A DNA stretch of 64,000 bases from Actinomycetota bacterium. Its GTDB lineage: Bacteria; Actinomycetota; CADDZG01; JAHWKV01. The DNA lies in assembly GCA_035536315.1 (NCBI GenBank), contig DATLOJ010000157.1:617-64616 (forward strand). The letters run 5' to 3'. Below, piece by piece: positions 30,379-39,510 of this stretch (positions within the stretch are counted from its first letter, which is position 1; each line of letters begins with the position of its first letter). The position numbers were made by a program, and so were the translations under genes. The notes below the pieces were generated by a model. The model saw only the letters and a list, made by a program, of their open reading frames with translations. It made no database searches and was not told the origin of the DNA.

Positions 30379-31191
30379 GTGGGCGGCGAGAGCCAGGTGG
30401 CTGCGAGCCTTTCGCCGGTGATTCACAACGCCGCGTTCCGCGCTCTCGAGTTGAACTGGATTTACGTACCCTTCCCCGTGTTACCCGGGCAGGTCCTTTC
30501 TGCTATCGAGGGTCTCGCCCGTGCGGGGGTCCGGGGGCTCAACGTCACGACGCCGCACAAAACCCATGCGGCGGGGGCTGCGACGACGATGTCTGCGGAG
30601 GCCGCCCAGGCGAAGGCGGTCAACACCCTAGTCATGGACGGCGACTCGATCGGTGCTGACAACACGGACGGCCGCGGTCTCATTCAATTCATCGAAGGGG
30701 ACCTGGGTTGGAGCCCGCGCGACAAAAGTGTCCTGATCCTCGGAACCGGGGGAGCAGCGCGCTCTGCTGCGGTTTCGCTCGCGGGGGCCGGGACTTCTGG
30801 GGTTGCGCTGGTTTCGAGGACCAGCGTCGGAGCCCGGACGGTGACGGAGTCGCTCGATTTGCCGTCGGTCAAGGGTCAGACGGGAGTCTCGAGAGACGAC
30901 CTCGCGACTGCAGATTTGGTGATAAACGCGACTCCAGTGGGCGCCGGAGGCGAGTCACTCCACCTGGAGATGGCAGGTCTGAAGAAGGGGGCCGTGGTAG
31001 TTGACCTCGTCTACCAGCGGGCGGTGACCCCGCTTCTCGAAGAAGCACGCAGGCTGGGTTACGAGGCTCATAACGGGCTGGGAATGTTGCTCCATCAGGC
31101 CGCCCTCTCATTTGAAATATGGACCGCTGTCCGCCCTCCCCTGGAATTGATGTCGGCCGCGGCGGTTTCCCACCTGGCCAGGAGTGGTTGA
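30379..31191 (+). CDS. aroE: shikimate dehydrogenase
   Basis: SLSPVIHNAAF and a GTGGAARS NADP-binding motif. The true start is probably upstream of the first canonical GTG (see findings). Confidence 0.88.
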   Translation: MGGESQVAASLSPVIHNAAFRALELNWIYVPFPVLPGQVLSAIEGLARAGVRGLNVTTPHKTHAAGAATTMSAEAAQAKAVNTLVMDGDSIGADNTDGRGLIQFIEGDLGWSPRDKSVLILGTGGAARSAAVSLAGAGTSGVALVSRTSVGARTVTESLDLPSVKGQTGVSRDDLATADLVINATPVGAGGESLHLEMAGLKKGAVVVDLVYQRAVTPLLEEARRLGYEAHNGLGMLLHQAALSFEIWTAVRPPLELMSAAAVSHLARSG

Positions 31192-31328
31192 GGCCCGGGC
31201 GGGCGCAGGCGCTCAAGCATGTCCACTGCCCTGCCGAAAATGAAACAAACCGGTCGCCTCGTCCTAGACTTGGAGCGGCGCAATCGTCACGCCCGAAGGC
31301 CTGACCAGATTCGTAGGAGGTAGCAACC

Positions 31329-31865
31329 ATGTCGATAACAAGAGCCGACGGATTGGCGCTAACGCTCGAAGAGTTCCTGAGACAGTGCCCAGACGTGGAT
31401 GCCGCAGCCGTTATTAGCTCTGACGGCCTGCCAATGGCATCGGCCCTACCCAGCCACATCCATGAGGATCGCTTGGGGGCGATGGCCGCAGCCATGCTTT
31501 CCCTGGGCGACCGGGCTGCCGAAACTTTGGGCCGCGGGCGTCTGAAGCAAGTATTTGTCGAGGGTTCAAATGGGTACGTCTTCCTGATGGCGGCGGGGCC
31601 GGCGGTCTTGTGTGCAATCACTCAGAAGAAGGCCAAGATCGGTTTGGTGATTTACGAGATGCAAACGACGGCATCCGTAGTAGGCAACATCCTCATGGAA
31701 GGGGAGGTGCGTGCCGTGCAGACAAACGCCGCCCCCGTCTCGCCGGCGCCACAGCCCGCTGCGGTCGAGGCGTCCCCGGTCGTGCCCGAGCCCAGAGCGG
31801 AGGCTTCGTCGAAGCCGGCAGATCTGCCCGCCGGCGTCACCTGGGACGACTACCAGGAGAGTTGA
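31329..31865 (+). CDS. Roadblock/LC7 (MglB/CvnB-like) domain protein
   Basis: About 120-aa Roadblock/LC7 core (AAAVISSDGLPMAS....GAMAAAMLSLGDRAAE...GYVFLMAAGP) followed by a Pro/Ala-rich tail. AGGAGG ribosome-binding site 10 nt upstream. Confidence 0.75.
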   Translation: MSITRADGLALTLEEFLRQCPDVDAAAVISSDGLPMASALPSHIHEDRLGAMAAAMLSLGDRAAETLGRGRLKQVFVEGSNGYVFLMAAGPAVLCAITQKKAKIGLVIYEMQTTASVVGNILMEGEVRAVQTNAAPVSPAPQPAAVEASPVVPEPRAEASSKPADLPAGVTWDDYQES

Positions 31866-31925
31866 GGCCAACAAGTGGACCTTAAGCGAATTATGCGTCG
31901 ACCTACTTCTGCGGAGGCCCACTAG

Positions 31926-32858
31926 ATGACCGCGCTCTCAGGATCGCTCGACGTTTTTGCCCTCCCGGACGTCTTGCGTCTGGTGGCTCAAAACAGGGTG
32001 ACCGGCGCGCTTCACGTTAACCGGGATAGCGGCGACGGCGTAATCTATTTCACCAACGGAACCGTTCAATTTGCCGACTCATCCCTGACGCACGACTTGC
32101 TCGGCCAGCGGCTCGTCGGTGCAAAGGTTCTCTCACAGAATCAGCTTCTCAAGGTCCTCGACGAACAAAAGCGCAGCGGGGGAGCCTTGCACGAGCTTCT
32201 CATCGAGAAGAAGTTGCTGAACGACGAAACTCTGAACGCCCATCTCAGGGAGCAGGCCGAGGAGGCGATCTATTCCCTCCTGCAGTGGGACGTTGGTAGC
32301 TTCAACGTCGAGCCCGGAGAGGAGCTCGAGCAGGACATTGGAATGGCCGTTTCGGTGGACAACCTGCTTATGGAATCCTCGAGGAGGCTGGAAGAGTGGG
32401 AGGTCATTCGCCGAAAGATTCCAGCTGTGGAGGCTGTCGTCGTGATGGCCGCAGACCCCCCCGACGAGTCTTCCGACATCAACATCAAACCGGATGAGTG
32501 GAAGCTGCTCGTAATCGTCGACGGCTCACGCTCGGTCAGGGATATCTCGCTCGCAGCCGGCCGGTCCGAGTTCGACACGTGCAAGGTTCTGTACGGACTT
32601 GTGACCGCGGGTCTGGTCAAGGTCATCGGCGATTACGCCCCCGCTGAAGAGGAGCCGTCCAAAGAGGAGAAAGATCCGGCCCCCGTGAAGCCCGACGAAC
32701 GCCGTTCGGAACGGCGGGTAGCCGCCCCGAACGGGAAGCCAACGCGCGCGGCCGAGCCCGTACAGGAATCCGACGAGGGAGCCGAAGCAGCTCATGCGGA
32801 AGCATCAATTTCCAAGGAGGTACTGCAGCGCCTGATTGCAGGCGTGAGGGACCTGTAA
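31926..32858 (+). CDS. PATAN/DUF4388 domain protein
   Basis: N-terminal G.LDVFALPDVLRLVAQNRVTGALHV...GVIYFTNGTVQFAD and C-terminal DEWKLLVIVDGSRSVRDISLAAGRSEFDTCKVLYGLVTAGLV halves match the DUF4388/PATAN pattern. An acidic low-complexity tail follows. Confidence 0.7.
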   Translation: MTALSGSLDVFALPDVLRLVAQNRVTGALHVNRDSGDGVIYFTNGTVQFADSSLTHDLLGQRLVGAKVLSQNQLLKVLDEQKRSGGALHELLIEKKLLNDETLNAHLREQAEEAIYSLLQWDVGSFNVEPGEELEQDIGMAVSVDNLLMESSRRLEEWEVIRRKIPAVEAVVVMAADPPDESSDINIKPDEWKLLVIVDGSRSVRDISLAAGRSEFDTCKVLYGLVTAGLVKVIGDYAPAEEEPSKEEKDPAPVKPDERRSERRVAAPNGKPTRAAEPVQESDEGAEAAHAEASISKEVLQRLIAGVRDL

Positions 32859-32862
32859 GCCT

Positions 32863-33411
32863 TTGGCCACCGTCAAGGTGGTCGTTACCGGTCCGTTCGC
32901 AGCCGGGAAGACGACCTTCATTCGAACCGTATCCGAGATCGCGGTCATCTCTACCGAGCGCAATGTCACGGATCACAGCGCCGAGAAAAAGGGAAGAACC
33001 ACGGTGGCGATGGACTTCGGAAGAATCACTATCGATGAGTCGCTGGTCCTTTATCTATTCGGAACCCCCGGCCAGGAGAGGTTCGATTTTATGTGGGAGA
33101 TCTTGTCCGAGGGCATGCTTGGGTTCATCCTGCTGCTGGACCCGGTGGACAAGGAATCCTTTGAGGATGCGCGGAAAATATTGAACGCCTTTCTGGGGTA
33201 CGGGGATGTTCCTTTTGTCGTCGCCGTCAACAAGCATGACGACGACGAAGCTGGTGCGGCGATTGCCCGGGCCGAGTTGGCTCTTGCGGACTCAGTACCC
33301 ATCGTCCCGGTGGACGCGCGCGACCTCGAGAGCGTCAAAGGGGTCCTGCTCGAGCTGCTGTTGTTGGTTGTGAAGACAAGGGAAAATCAGCAGGTTCTGA
33401 GTCCCGGCTAA
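32863..33411 (+). CDS. small Ras-like GTPase, MglA/CvnD-like (ATP/GTP-binding protein family)
   Basis: G1 GPFAAGKTT, G3 LFGTPGQERF and G4 NKHD motifs. Strong similarity to the Streptomyces conservon CvnD core (TTVAMDFGRIT..LVLYLFGTPGQ.RF.FMW). TTG start. Confidence 0.8.
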   Translation: MATVKVVVTGPFAAGKTTFIRTVSEIAVISTERNVTDHSAEKKGRTTVAMDFGRITIDESLVLYLFGTPGQERFDFMWEILSEGMLGFILLLDPVDKESFEDARKILNAFLGYGDVPFVVAVNKHDDDEAGAAIARAELALADSVPIVPVDARDLESVKGVLLELLLLVVKTRENQQVLSPG

Positions 33412-33413
33412 AT

Positions 33414-33665
33414 ATGGGTTTCTTCAGCCGCCTCTTTCGAGGAAAGAAAAAGAACAGAGCCCCCGGCTGGAATTGGGCCCTGGGTTCGGGGGTTCACCTT
33501 GCTCCGCCTCCACCGCCACCCCTGAAAGCCGACGACAACGACACCGACTGGCCCGCAGGGCGGGTCGTTTTGGGGTTTGAGAACGGGACCCTTCATTCCC
33601 TCGAGGAAAGCAACAGGCTCGTTGCCGATTTTGTGAAGGCAGCAGATCGAATATTCAGCCCGTAA
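33414..33665 (+). CDS. hypothetical small protein (basic N-terminus, poly-Pro, acidic C-terminus)
   Basis: 83-aa ORF starting 3 nt after the GTPase stop (MGFFSRLFRGKKKNR...PPPPPP...). No recognisable family; ribosome-binding site is weak. Confidence 0.35.
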   Translation: MGFFSRLFRGKKKNRAPGWNWALGSGVHLAPPPPPPLKADDNDTDWPAGRVVLGFENGTLHSLEESNRLVADFVKAADRIFSP

Positions 33666-33722
33666 AGGCGTAGGAGCGTGTCTGCGCTGGAGTTATAGTC
33701 GTTAGGTGACGGGGACGGTCAG

Positions 33723-35405
33723 GTGAACGAACAAGCAAACCGAGGATTCGGCGACCTCCTTCTAGACGAGGGACTCATCTCGGGCGACCACCTTGGCGAG
33801 GCCGAAGAGGAGGCCAGGTCCACAGGCAAGTCCCTCGGCAGGGTTCTGATCGACAAGGGATTCATCACCGAGGCCCAGGTCTTTGCCGTTCTGGCGAGAG
33901 CCACAGGCTTTGAATTCGTTGAACTCGCGGAAATCACCATCGATCCGACCGCCACCACCTTGATTCCTGAGAGTCAGGCGCGGCGCTACAAGGCGCTTCC
34001 TATCGGCTTCGACAACGGCAAGCTCGTTGTGGCAATGGACGACCCCAACAACGTCTTTGCCATAGACGACATCCGCACGATGACCGGTAAAGAGATCAAG
34101 CCAGTAGTTGCCACGGGCCAGGACATCCTGGCGGCCATAGGGCGGATGCAGCGCCTGGACACATCTGTCGAAGCGATGGGCGATGGTGGCGGGGACTTTC
34201 TCCTGGACGATGAGGAGATCGGTGGGAGCGCAGAGGATGGGGGAGACGCACCGGTCGTCCGCCTGGTGAACCAGGTCATCACCCAGTCCGTAAATGACAG
34301 GGCTTCCGACATCCACTTCGAGCCGCAGGAGCGGGACCTGCGGGTGCGTCAAAGGATCGATGGAGTTCTCCACGAGCTCGGTCGCTTTCCGCGTAACATC
34401 CAGGCCGGGGTCGTCTCGCGACTCAAGATCATGGCCGACATCGACATCGCAGAGCGGCGGATCCCTCAGGACGGCCGCATCAGCCTGTCCGTCCAGGGAA
34501 AGTCGATCGACCTGCGAGTGGCAACGCTGCCGACTGTTTACGGAGAAAAAATCGTTCTCAGGATTCTGGATAAGTCGAGCGTTTTGCTGAAGCTGGAGGA
34601 CCTCGGGTTTTCGCAGCACAACTTCAGGCTCTACGAGGGCGCGTACACCAAGCCCTACGGAATGATCCTCGTCACAGGTCCAACTGGCTCCGGAAAATCC
34701 ACGACGCTTTACGCCACCCTCAACATCCTTAATCAGGAGGATAGGAACATCATCACGGTAGAAGACCCGGTTGAATACAGACTCGCCGGGATCAACCAGA
34801 TCCAGACGAACCCGAAGGCCGGCCTAACGTTCTCGTCTGCTCTGAGATCGATCTTGCGTGCGGACCCGGACACCGTCCTGATCGGTGAGATCAGGGACAA
34901 GGAGACGGCCCAGATTGCGGTCGAGGCCGCTCTTACCGGCCACCTCGTTCTTTCGACGCTGCACACCAACGATGCACCCGGCGCCGTCAGCCGTCTGATT
35001 GAAATGGGAATCGAGCCCTTTCTGGTTGCATCGGCTGTCGATGCCGTCCTTGCCCAAAGACTTGCCCGCCGGTTGTGTGAGAAATGTAAGGACGCATATA
35101 CGCCAACGCGTGAGGCTCTGAAGGAAAACAAATTCCATATTGGCGAAGACGAGGAGATTCCTACGCTGTTTCGTCCAAAAGGCTGTCCCAAGTGCAGCAA
35201 GACCGGGTACAGAGGCCGGATGGCGGTCCACGAGGTAATGCCTATGTCGGAAGACCTCGAAATGCTAACGGTGGAAAGAAAGTCGAGTGACGAGATCCGC
35301 CGGCTTGCTATTCAGCAGGGGATGATCGATCTGCGCGGAGACGGTATGCACAAAGTCCGTCTGGGACATACCTCTCTGGAGGAAATTCAAAGAGTCATCA
35401 TCTGA
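33723..35405 (+). CDS. pilB: type IV pilus assembly ATPase PilB (GspE family)
   Basis: GSPII_E N domain, Walker A GPTGSGKST, Asp/His boxes, and tetracysteine Zn motif (CEKC...CPKC). Confidence 0.93.
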   Translation: MNEQANRGFGDLLLDEGLISGDHLGEAEEEARSTGKSLGRVLIDKGFITEAQVFAVLARATGFEFVELAEITIDPTATTLIPESQARRYKALPIGFDNGKLVVAMDDPNNVFAIDDIRTMTGKEIKPVVATGQDILAAIGRMQRLDTSVEAMGDGGGDFLLDDEEIGGSAEDGGDAPVVRLVNQVITQSVNDRASDIHFEPQERDLRVRQRIDGVLHELGRFPRNIQAGVVSRLKIMADIDIAERRIPQDGRISLSVQGKSIDLRVATLPTVYGEKIVLRILDKSSVLLKLEDLGFSQHNFRLYEGAYTKPYGMILVTGPTGSGKSTTLYATLNILNQEDRNIITVEDPVEYRLAGINQIQTNPKAGLTFSSALRSILRADPDTVLIGEIRDKETAQIAVEAALTGHLVLSTLHTNDAPGAVSRLIEMGIEPFLVASAVDAVLAQRLARRLCEKCKDAYTPTREALKENKFHIGEDEEIPTLFRPKGCPKCSKTGYRGRMAVHEVMPMSEDLEMLTVERKSSDEIRRLAIQQGMIDLRGDGMHKVRLGHTSLEEIQRVII

Positions 35406-35434
35406 TTGTTCCCAACGGCCCCCCACCCCGTACA

Positions 35435-36553
35435 ATGCCCGCTCTGGAACACAACATGAGCACCGAACCCGCCCAGCCCGCCCACGTCCCCGACGCGCGC
35501 ATGATTTCTCTTCTCGAGGAGGTGGTCAGCCGCAAGGGGAGTGACCTGCACCTGACGCCTGGAATTCCTCCGGTGGTTCGCGTCCATGGGCGTCTTGTCC
35601 GACTTCAGGAGAGTGGACCCCTTGAGACCACGGAGCTGAGGTCGATGCTTTATTCAATTCTCAGCCAGCGCCAGATCGACACATTCGAAGAGGAGCTGGA
35701 GCTGGACTTTTCATTCTCGCTCCCAGGGAAAGCCAGGTTCAGGGCCAACGTCTTTTACCAGCGCGACTCGGTTGGGGGGGCCTTCAGGCTCATCCCTGCC
35801 GAGATCAAAAGCATTCAGGAGCTAGGGCTTCCGTCCCAAATCGCCGACTTTACGGAGATGAACCGAGGTCTTGTCTTAGTGACTGGGCCGACGGGCCAGG
35901 GAAAAACGACAACCCTTGCAACCATGATCGGCATGATCAATCAAAACAGAGATACGCACATTGTCACGATCGAGGACCCCATCGAGTTTGTGCACGACCA
36001 CAAGATGTCGGTCGTGAATCAAAGAGAGGTAGGCACCGACACCCATTCGTTTTCAGAGGCGTTGCGACGTGCCCTGAGACAGGACCCCGACGTGATCCTG
36101 GTGGGAGAGATGCGAGATCTCGAAACCATCTCAACTGCACTGACCGCGGCGGAGACCGGCCACCTGGTGTTTGCGACCCTGCACACCCAGGACGCGGCAC
36201 AGACCGTCGACCGAGTTATTGACGTCTTTCCGCCCCAACAACAGGAGCAGGTGCGAGTGCAGCTGGCCGGAAGCCTCCAGGGAGTAGTCGTGCAGTACCT
36301 GCTTCCATTGACGCAAGGAGGGGGCCGCGTGCCGGCGGTGGAGATTATGTTTGCTACCCCCGCCATCCGTAACCTCATCAGGGAAGGCAAGAGTCACCAG
36401 ATCAACTCCGCGCTCCAGGCAGGGGGGCGCCATGGGATGCAGACGATGGATCAGGCGCTGGCCGATCTGTACCGGAGCCGCAAGATCTCGTTCGAGACGG
36501 CCATGGAACGGGCCTCGGATTCTGAAACCCTGAAGCAGCTTCTGGGCAAGTAA
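35435..36553 (+). CDS. pilT: twitching-motility retraction ATPase PilT
   Basis: GPTGQGKTTT Walker A and the PilT-specific AIRNLIREGK motif; 372 aa. Confidence 0.93.
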   Translation: MPALEHNMSTEPAQPAHVPDARMISLLEEVVSRKGSDLHLTPGIPPVVRVHGRLVRLQESGPLETTELRSMLYSILSQRQIDTFEEELELDFSFSLPGKARFRANVFYQRDSVGGAFRLIPAEIKSIQELGLPSQIADFTEMNRGLVLVTGPTGQGKTTTLATMIGMINQNRDTHIVTIEDPIEFVHDHKMSVVNQREVGTDTHSFSEALRRALRQDPDVILVGEMRDLETISTALTAAETGHLVFATLHTQDAAQTVDRVIDVFPPQQQEQVRVQLAGSLQGVVVQYLLPLTQGGGRVPAVEIMFATPAIRNLIREGKSHQINSALQAGGRHGMQTMDQALADLYRSRKISFETAMERASDSETLKQLLGK

Positions 36554-36561
36554 TTCCCGCC

Positions 36562-37353
36562 GTGCCCCTCGAGTCGGTGGCGATCGCAGCAGCGACTTTC
36601 ATCTGCGGCGCTGTATTCGGAAGCTTTGCCAATGTCGTAATACACAGGCTCCCTCGAGGGGAACCGCTGGCCAGGCCTCCGTCAAGATGTCCCGGCTGCG
36701 GCAAGAATCTCAAGTGGTGGGAAAACGTTCCGCTCGCTTCTTACCTCGCGTTACGAGGCCGCTGCTCCGCTTGCGGCGTGCGGATCTCGCTGCGCTATCC
36801 GCTCGTTGAGGCCCTGTGCGGTGGTCTCTGGGCTTTGACCGCGATCACGATCGGCCTGACCCCATACCTCGCGGCCCTTCTGGCCATGGCCACTACGCTC
36901 ACAATCCTTACCTTCATCGATCTCGAGCATCGACGACTGCCAAACAAGGTTCTCGGCCCCGCATCGATAATCGCCGTTGCCTGCCTCCTCGTTGCCTCAC
37001 TTGTCACTGGGGAGCCTTCCAGGCTTCTTGATGCGGCTATTGGGGCCGCGGCGTACGGGGGGCCGTTGTTTTTACTCGCTCTGGCCGTTCCGAGGGGAAT
37101 GGGGGGAGGGGACGTAAAGCTTGGCGCTTACATTGGGCTGAATTTAGCCTGGGGCTCGCTGGGAAACGTGGCCGTTGCGGCCTTTGTGGCCGTCCTTGCT
37201 GGGGGAGTTGTCTCCTTGATCCTTATGGCGTCCGGGACCCGGGGCCGCAAGGACGCGATCCCGTTCGGGCCCTTCATGGCGCTTGGCGCCGTCGTCGGCG
37301 CCCTTTGGGGCCCACGTCTGCTGGACATCTGGCTGGCGACCGCCGGCTTCTAA
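36562..37353 (+). CDS. pilD: prepilin peptidase (A24 family) PilD
   Basis: N-terminal CPGCG...CSACG Zn-binding pair, several transmembrane segments, and catalytic Asp context (GGGDVKL). Confidence 0.9.
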   Translation: MPLESVAIAAATFICGAVFGSFANVVIHRLPRGEPLARPPSRCPGCGKNLKWWENVPLASYLALRGRCSACGVRISLRYPLVEALCGGLWALTAITIGLTPYLAALLAMATTLTILTFIDLEHRRLPNKVLGPASIIAVACLLVASLVTGEPSRLLDAAIGAAAYGGPLFLLALAVPRGMGGGDVKLGAYIGLNLAWGSLGNVAVAAFVAVLAGGVVSLILMASGTRGRKDAIPFGPFMALGAVVGALWGPRLLDIWLATAGF

Positions 37354-37474
37354 AACACTCCGCGAAATCCCCGTTACTAATGTTGACTTCTGTTAACTTT
37401 GGGCCAGTATTGGCACATTAGGTACGTGAAGCAACGGGAGCGCACTACTGAGACCCCAGGTGCATGTGGGGTAG

Positions 37475-37503
37475 TTGACTGCCTGTGTGACTCTTGTTAG
37501 CTT
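37475..37503 (+). promoter_or_regulatory. sigma-70-like promoter candidate for the HTH–pilMNO transcript
   Basis: TTGACT, then a 17-nt spacer, then TAGCTT. A second TTGACT lies at 37383. An ACCCCA/TGGGGT hairpin (37453–37472) sits just upstream. Confidence 0.4.
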
Positions 37504-37565
37504 CCGTAAACCCCTGTGGCGCATCGTCACCGGGCGGAGCTGAGAACGGGAGCGCGAAGTTGAGC

Positions 37566-37775
37566 ATGGAGGCTGGGATTCGTCCCGTCCGGGTCAATGG
37601 TGACGTTCTGCTGACTGTGGCGGAAGTGGCCTCACTGATGCGCGTCTCGAACATGACGGTTTACAGGCTCATCAAGTCCGAGCAACTAAAGGCCTTGAAG
37701 GTCGGCAAGAACTACCGAATCAGGGAGTCGGACATCGAGACATATCTCAACGACCGCTCAGTGGGGGGACCGTAA
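37566..37775 (+). CDS. small HTH DNA-binding protein (excisionase/MerR-like, BldC-like architecture)
   Basis: LLTVAEVASLMRVSNMTVYRLIKSEQLKALKVGKNYRIRESDIETYL matches an HTH_17/Xis-type domain. The stop overlaps the pilM start as TAATG. The upstream portion of the longer ORF (from 37494) has no ribosome-binding site. Confidence 0.65.
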   Translation: MEAGIRPVRVNGDVLLTVAEVASLMRVSNMTVYRLIKSEQLKALKVGKNYRIRESDIETYLNDRSVGGP

Positions 37776-38872
37776 TGGCTCGGGCCAAGGACTCAGTTGG
37801 ACTTGATATCGGAACGAGCGGCGTAAGGGCTGCTCACCTCTCGTTCGGCCGGGTTCCTTACTCCCTCCAAAATTTCGGCCAGGTTGCCCTGCCTCCGGGG
37901 GCCGTCCGAGAAGGTGAGATCGCGGACTCGGCGACCGTGGCGCAGGCGCTCAGCGAGCTTTGGAAGCGGGGAGCTATCAAGAAGAAGACGGTCAGCCTTG
38001 GAATATCAAACGGCCGGGTCGTGGCTCGGCCAATTCAGTTTCCCGCAATGACCGAGGACGAACTTCGAAACGCGCTCCAGTTTCAGGCTCAGGAGTACAT
38101 CCCATTTCCAGTTGAAGACGCGGTGGTCGACTTTCAAATCGTCGATGAGTTCGTCGGCGACAACAACGAGAGAGTAATGCAGATATATCTGGTGGCCGGC
38201 CACAAGGAAATGATCAGCACGTTCGTCGAGACGATCGAGCGAGCGGGGCTGAGGCTCGATTCAATTGACTTCATTCCTATGGGGCTCATTCGATCCCTGG
38301 GAGAAACGGCCGATTCCATGGAGCGAAGGGCCGGCGTCGGAGAGGCCATCATCGACATCGGTGCGGGAGTCACGAACGTCGTCGTTCACGAGGGGGGAAT
38401 CCCTCGCTTTGCGCGCGTGCTGGCCACCGGAGGACACGCTCTGACCGACGCACTCTCTGCCGGAATGGGAATTCCCTTTGAGGAGGCGGAGGCAATCAAG
38501 CAGCGCCTCGGCCTTCGCCCACCTGGTCCCGCTGCAGAAGTCCCGGGGGCCCAGGGAGACGATCTTGCAATCCAAATCCTCGAAAATCGGGCGGGAGCGT
38601 TCGTGGATGAAGTTCGCGGCTCCATCGATTACTTTCTGGCCCAGCCCGAGTCCATCCAGATCTCGAGACTCGTGCTCAGCGGAGGGGGATCGAAGCTAGT
38701 CAACTTGGGCGCCCGTCTGTCCGCAGGACTGCGAGGCCTCCCGGTAGAGCAGGGGAGAGCGCTTCAGCGCATCACCGTCCAGAAGTTTGGTTTGACCGAT
38801 GAACAAATTGGTGAGGCCGAGCCCCTTATGGGAGCTTCCGTTGGCGTTGCCCTGGGGGCCGCATGGCAGTAA
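37775..38872 (+). CDS. pilM: type IV pilus assembly protein PilM (actin-like ATPase)
   Basis: VGLDIGTSGVRAA N-terminus and the FtsA/actin fold pattern; 365 aa. Confidence 0.9.
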   Translation: MARAKDSVGLDIGTSGVRAAHLSFGRVPYSLQNFGQVALPPGAVREGEIADSATVAQALSELWKRGAIKKKTVSLGISNGRVVARPIQFPAMTEDELRNALQFQAQEYIPFPVEDAVVDFQIVDEFVGDNNERVMQIYLVAGHKEMISTFVETIERAGLRLDSIDFIPMGLIRSLGETADSMERRAGVGEAIIDIGAGVTNVVVHEGGIPRFARVLATGGHALTDALSAGMGIPFEEAEAIKQRLGLRPPGPAAEVPGAQGDDLAIQILENRAGAFVDEVRGSIDYFLAQPESIQISRLVLSGGGSKLVNLGARLSAGLRGLPVEQGRALQRITVQKFGLTDEQIGEAEPLMGASVGVALGAAWQ

Positions 38873-39510
38873 GACGAATAAACCTCCTTCCCCCAGAGAT
38901 TGCAGTCAGAAGGCGCGTCCAGCGCCAGACGTTCGGACTGGGCGCGGGTTTCCTCGTCCTGCTTTTGATCCTTGGAGCCATCTGGGTCTTCAGGCAAGGC
39001 CAGCTTCACGACCAGGAGGATCGCAAGGCAGTCGCGGAAGCAGAGGCGAGGTCATTGCAAACCAAAGTAGACGCCCTTGCCGAGTTCAGCGAGCTAGACA
39101 AAACAGTGAAGGACAAGAAGGCAACACTCGCTGCTGCCATGGCCGGCGACGTTGCTTGGTCGCGTTTGATGGTCGAGCTCTCGATGATCATTCCCGGCGA
39201 CAGCTGGCTTCTGTCGATGGCCGGGACGTCAGCACCTCCGACTGCCCCCGCTGCGGGAGCGGCCCCAGCGCCGGCAGGAGCTCAAGCCGCATCGCTTGGA
39301 ACTCTCAACTTCACAGCAGTCACGTTCGACTTTCCGGGCGTTGCCAAATGGATCACGAGGCTCCAGGAGCTCCCCAGTCTTCAGACGATCTGGGTTCCCT
39401 CTGCATCGACGGCCCTCATCGGTGAGCGCGACGTCGTCAACTATTCGAGTACCGCTGAACTGTCGAGCGACTCGGCCAGCGGGAGATACCAGCCGGCGGC
39501 CGCGCGATGA
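38863..39510 (+). CDS. pilN: type IV pilus assembly protein PilN
   Basis: INLLP motif, a single transmembrane helix and a coiled-coil region. Confidence 0.85.
   Translation: MAVRRINLLPPEIAVRRRVQRQTFGLGAGFLVLLLILGAIWVFRQGQLHDQEDRKAVAEAEARSLQTKVDALAEFSELDKTVKDKKATLAAAMAGDVAWSRLMVELSMIIPGDSWLLSMAGTSAPPTAPAAGAAPAPAGAQAASLGTLNFTAVTFDFPGVAKWITRLQELPSLQTIWVPSASTALIGERDVVNYSSTAELSSDSASGRYQPAAAR

Noticed and set aside
37494-37565. N-terminal extension of the HTH ORF (MLASVNPCGASSPGG...)
   Set aside because: Low complexity with no ribosome-binding site. The promoter-like motifs lie inside it, and the ATG at 37566 has a GGGAG ribosome-binding site.
37566-37775. Excisionase-family HTH as a sign of a prophage or integrative element
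   Set aside because: There is no integrase or recombinase, no att-like repeats and no tRNA nearby. The context is a pilus operon, so it is most likely a BldC/Xis-family transcription factor rather than a mobile element.
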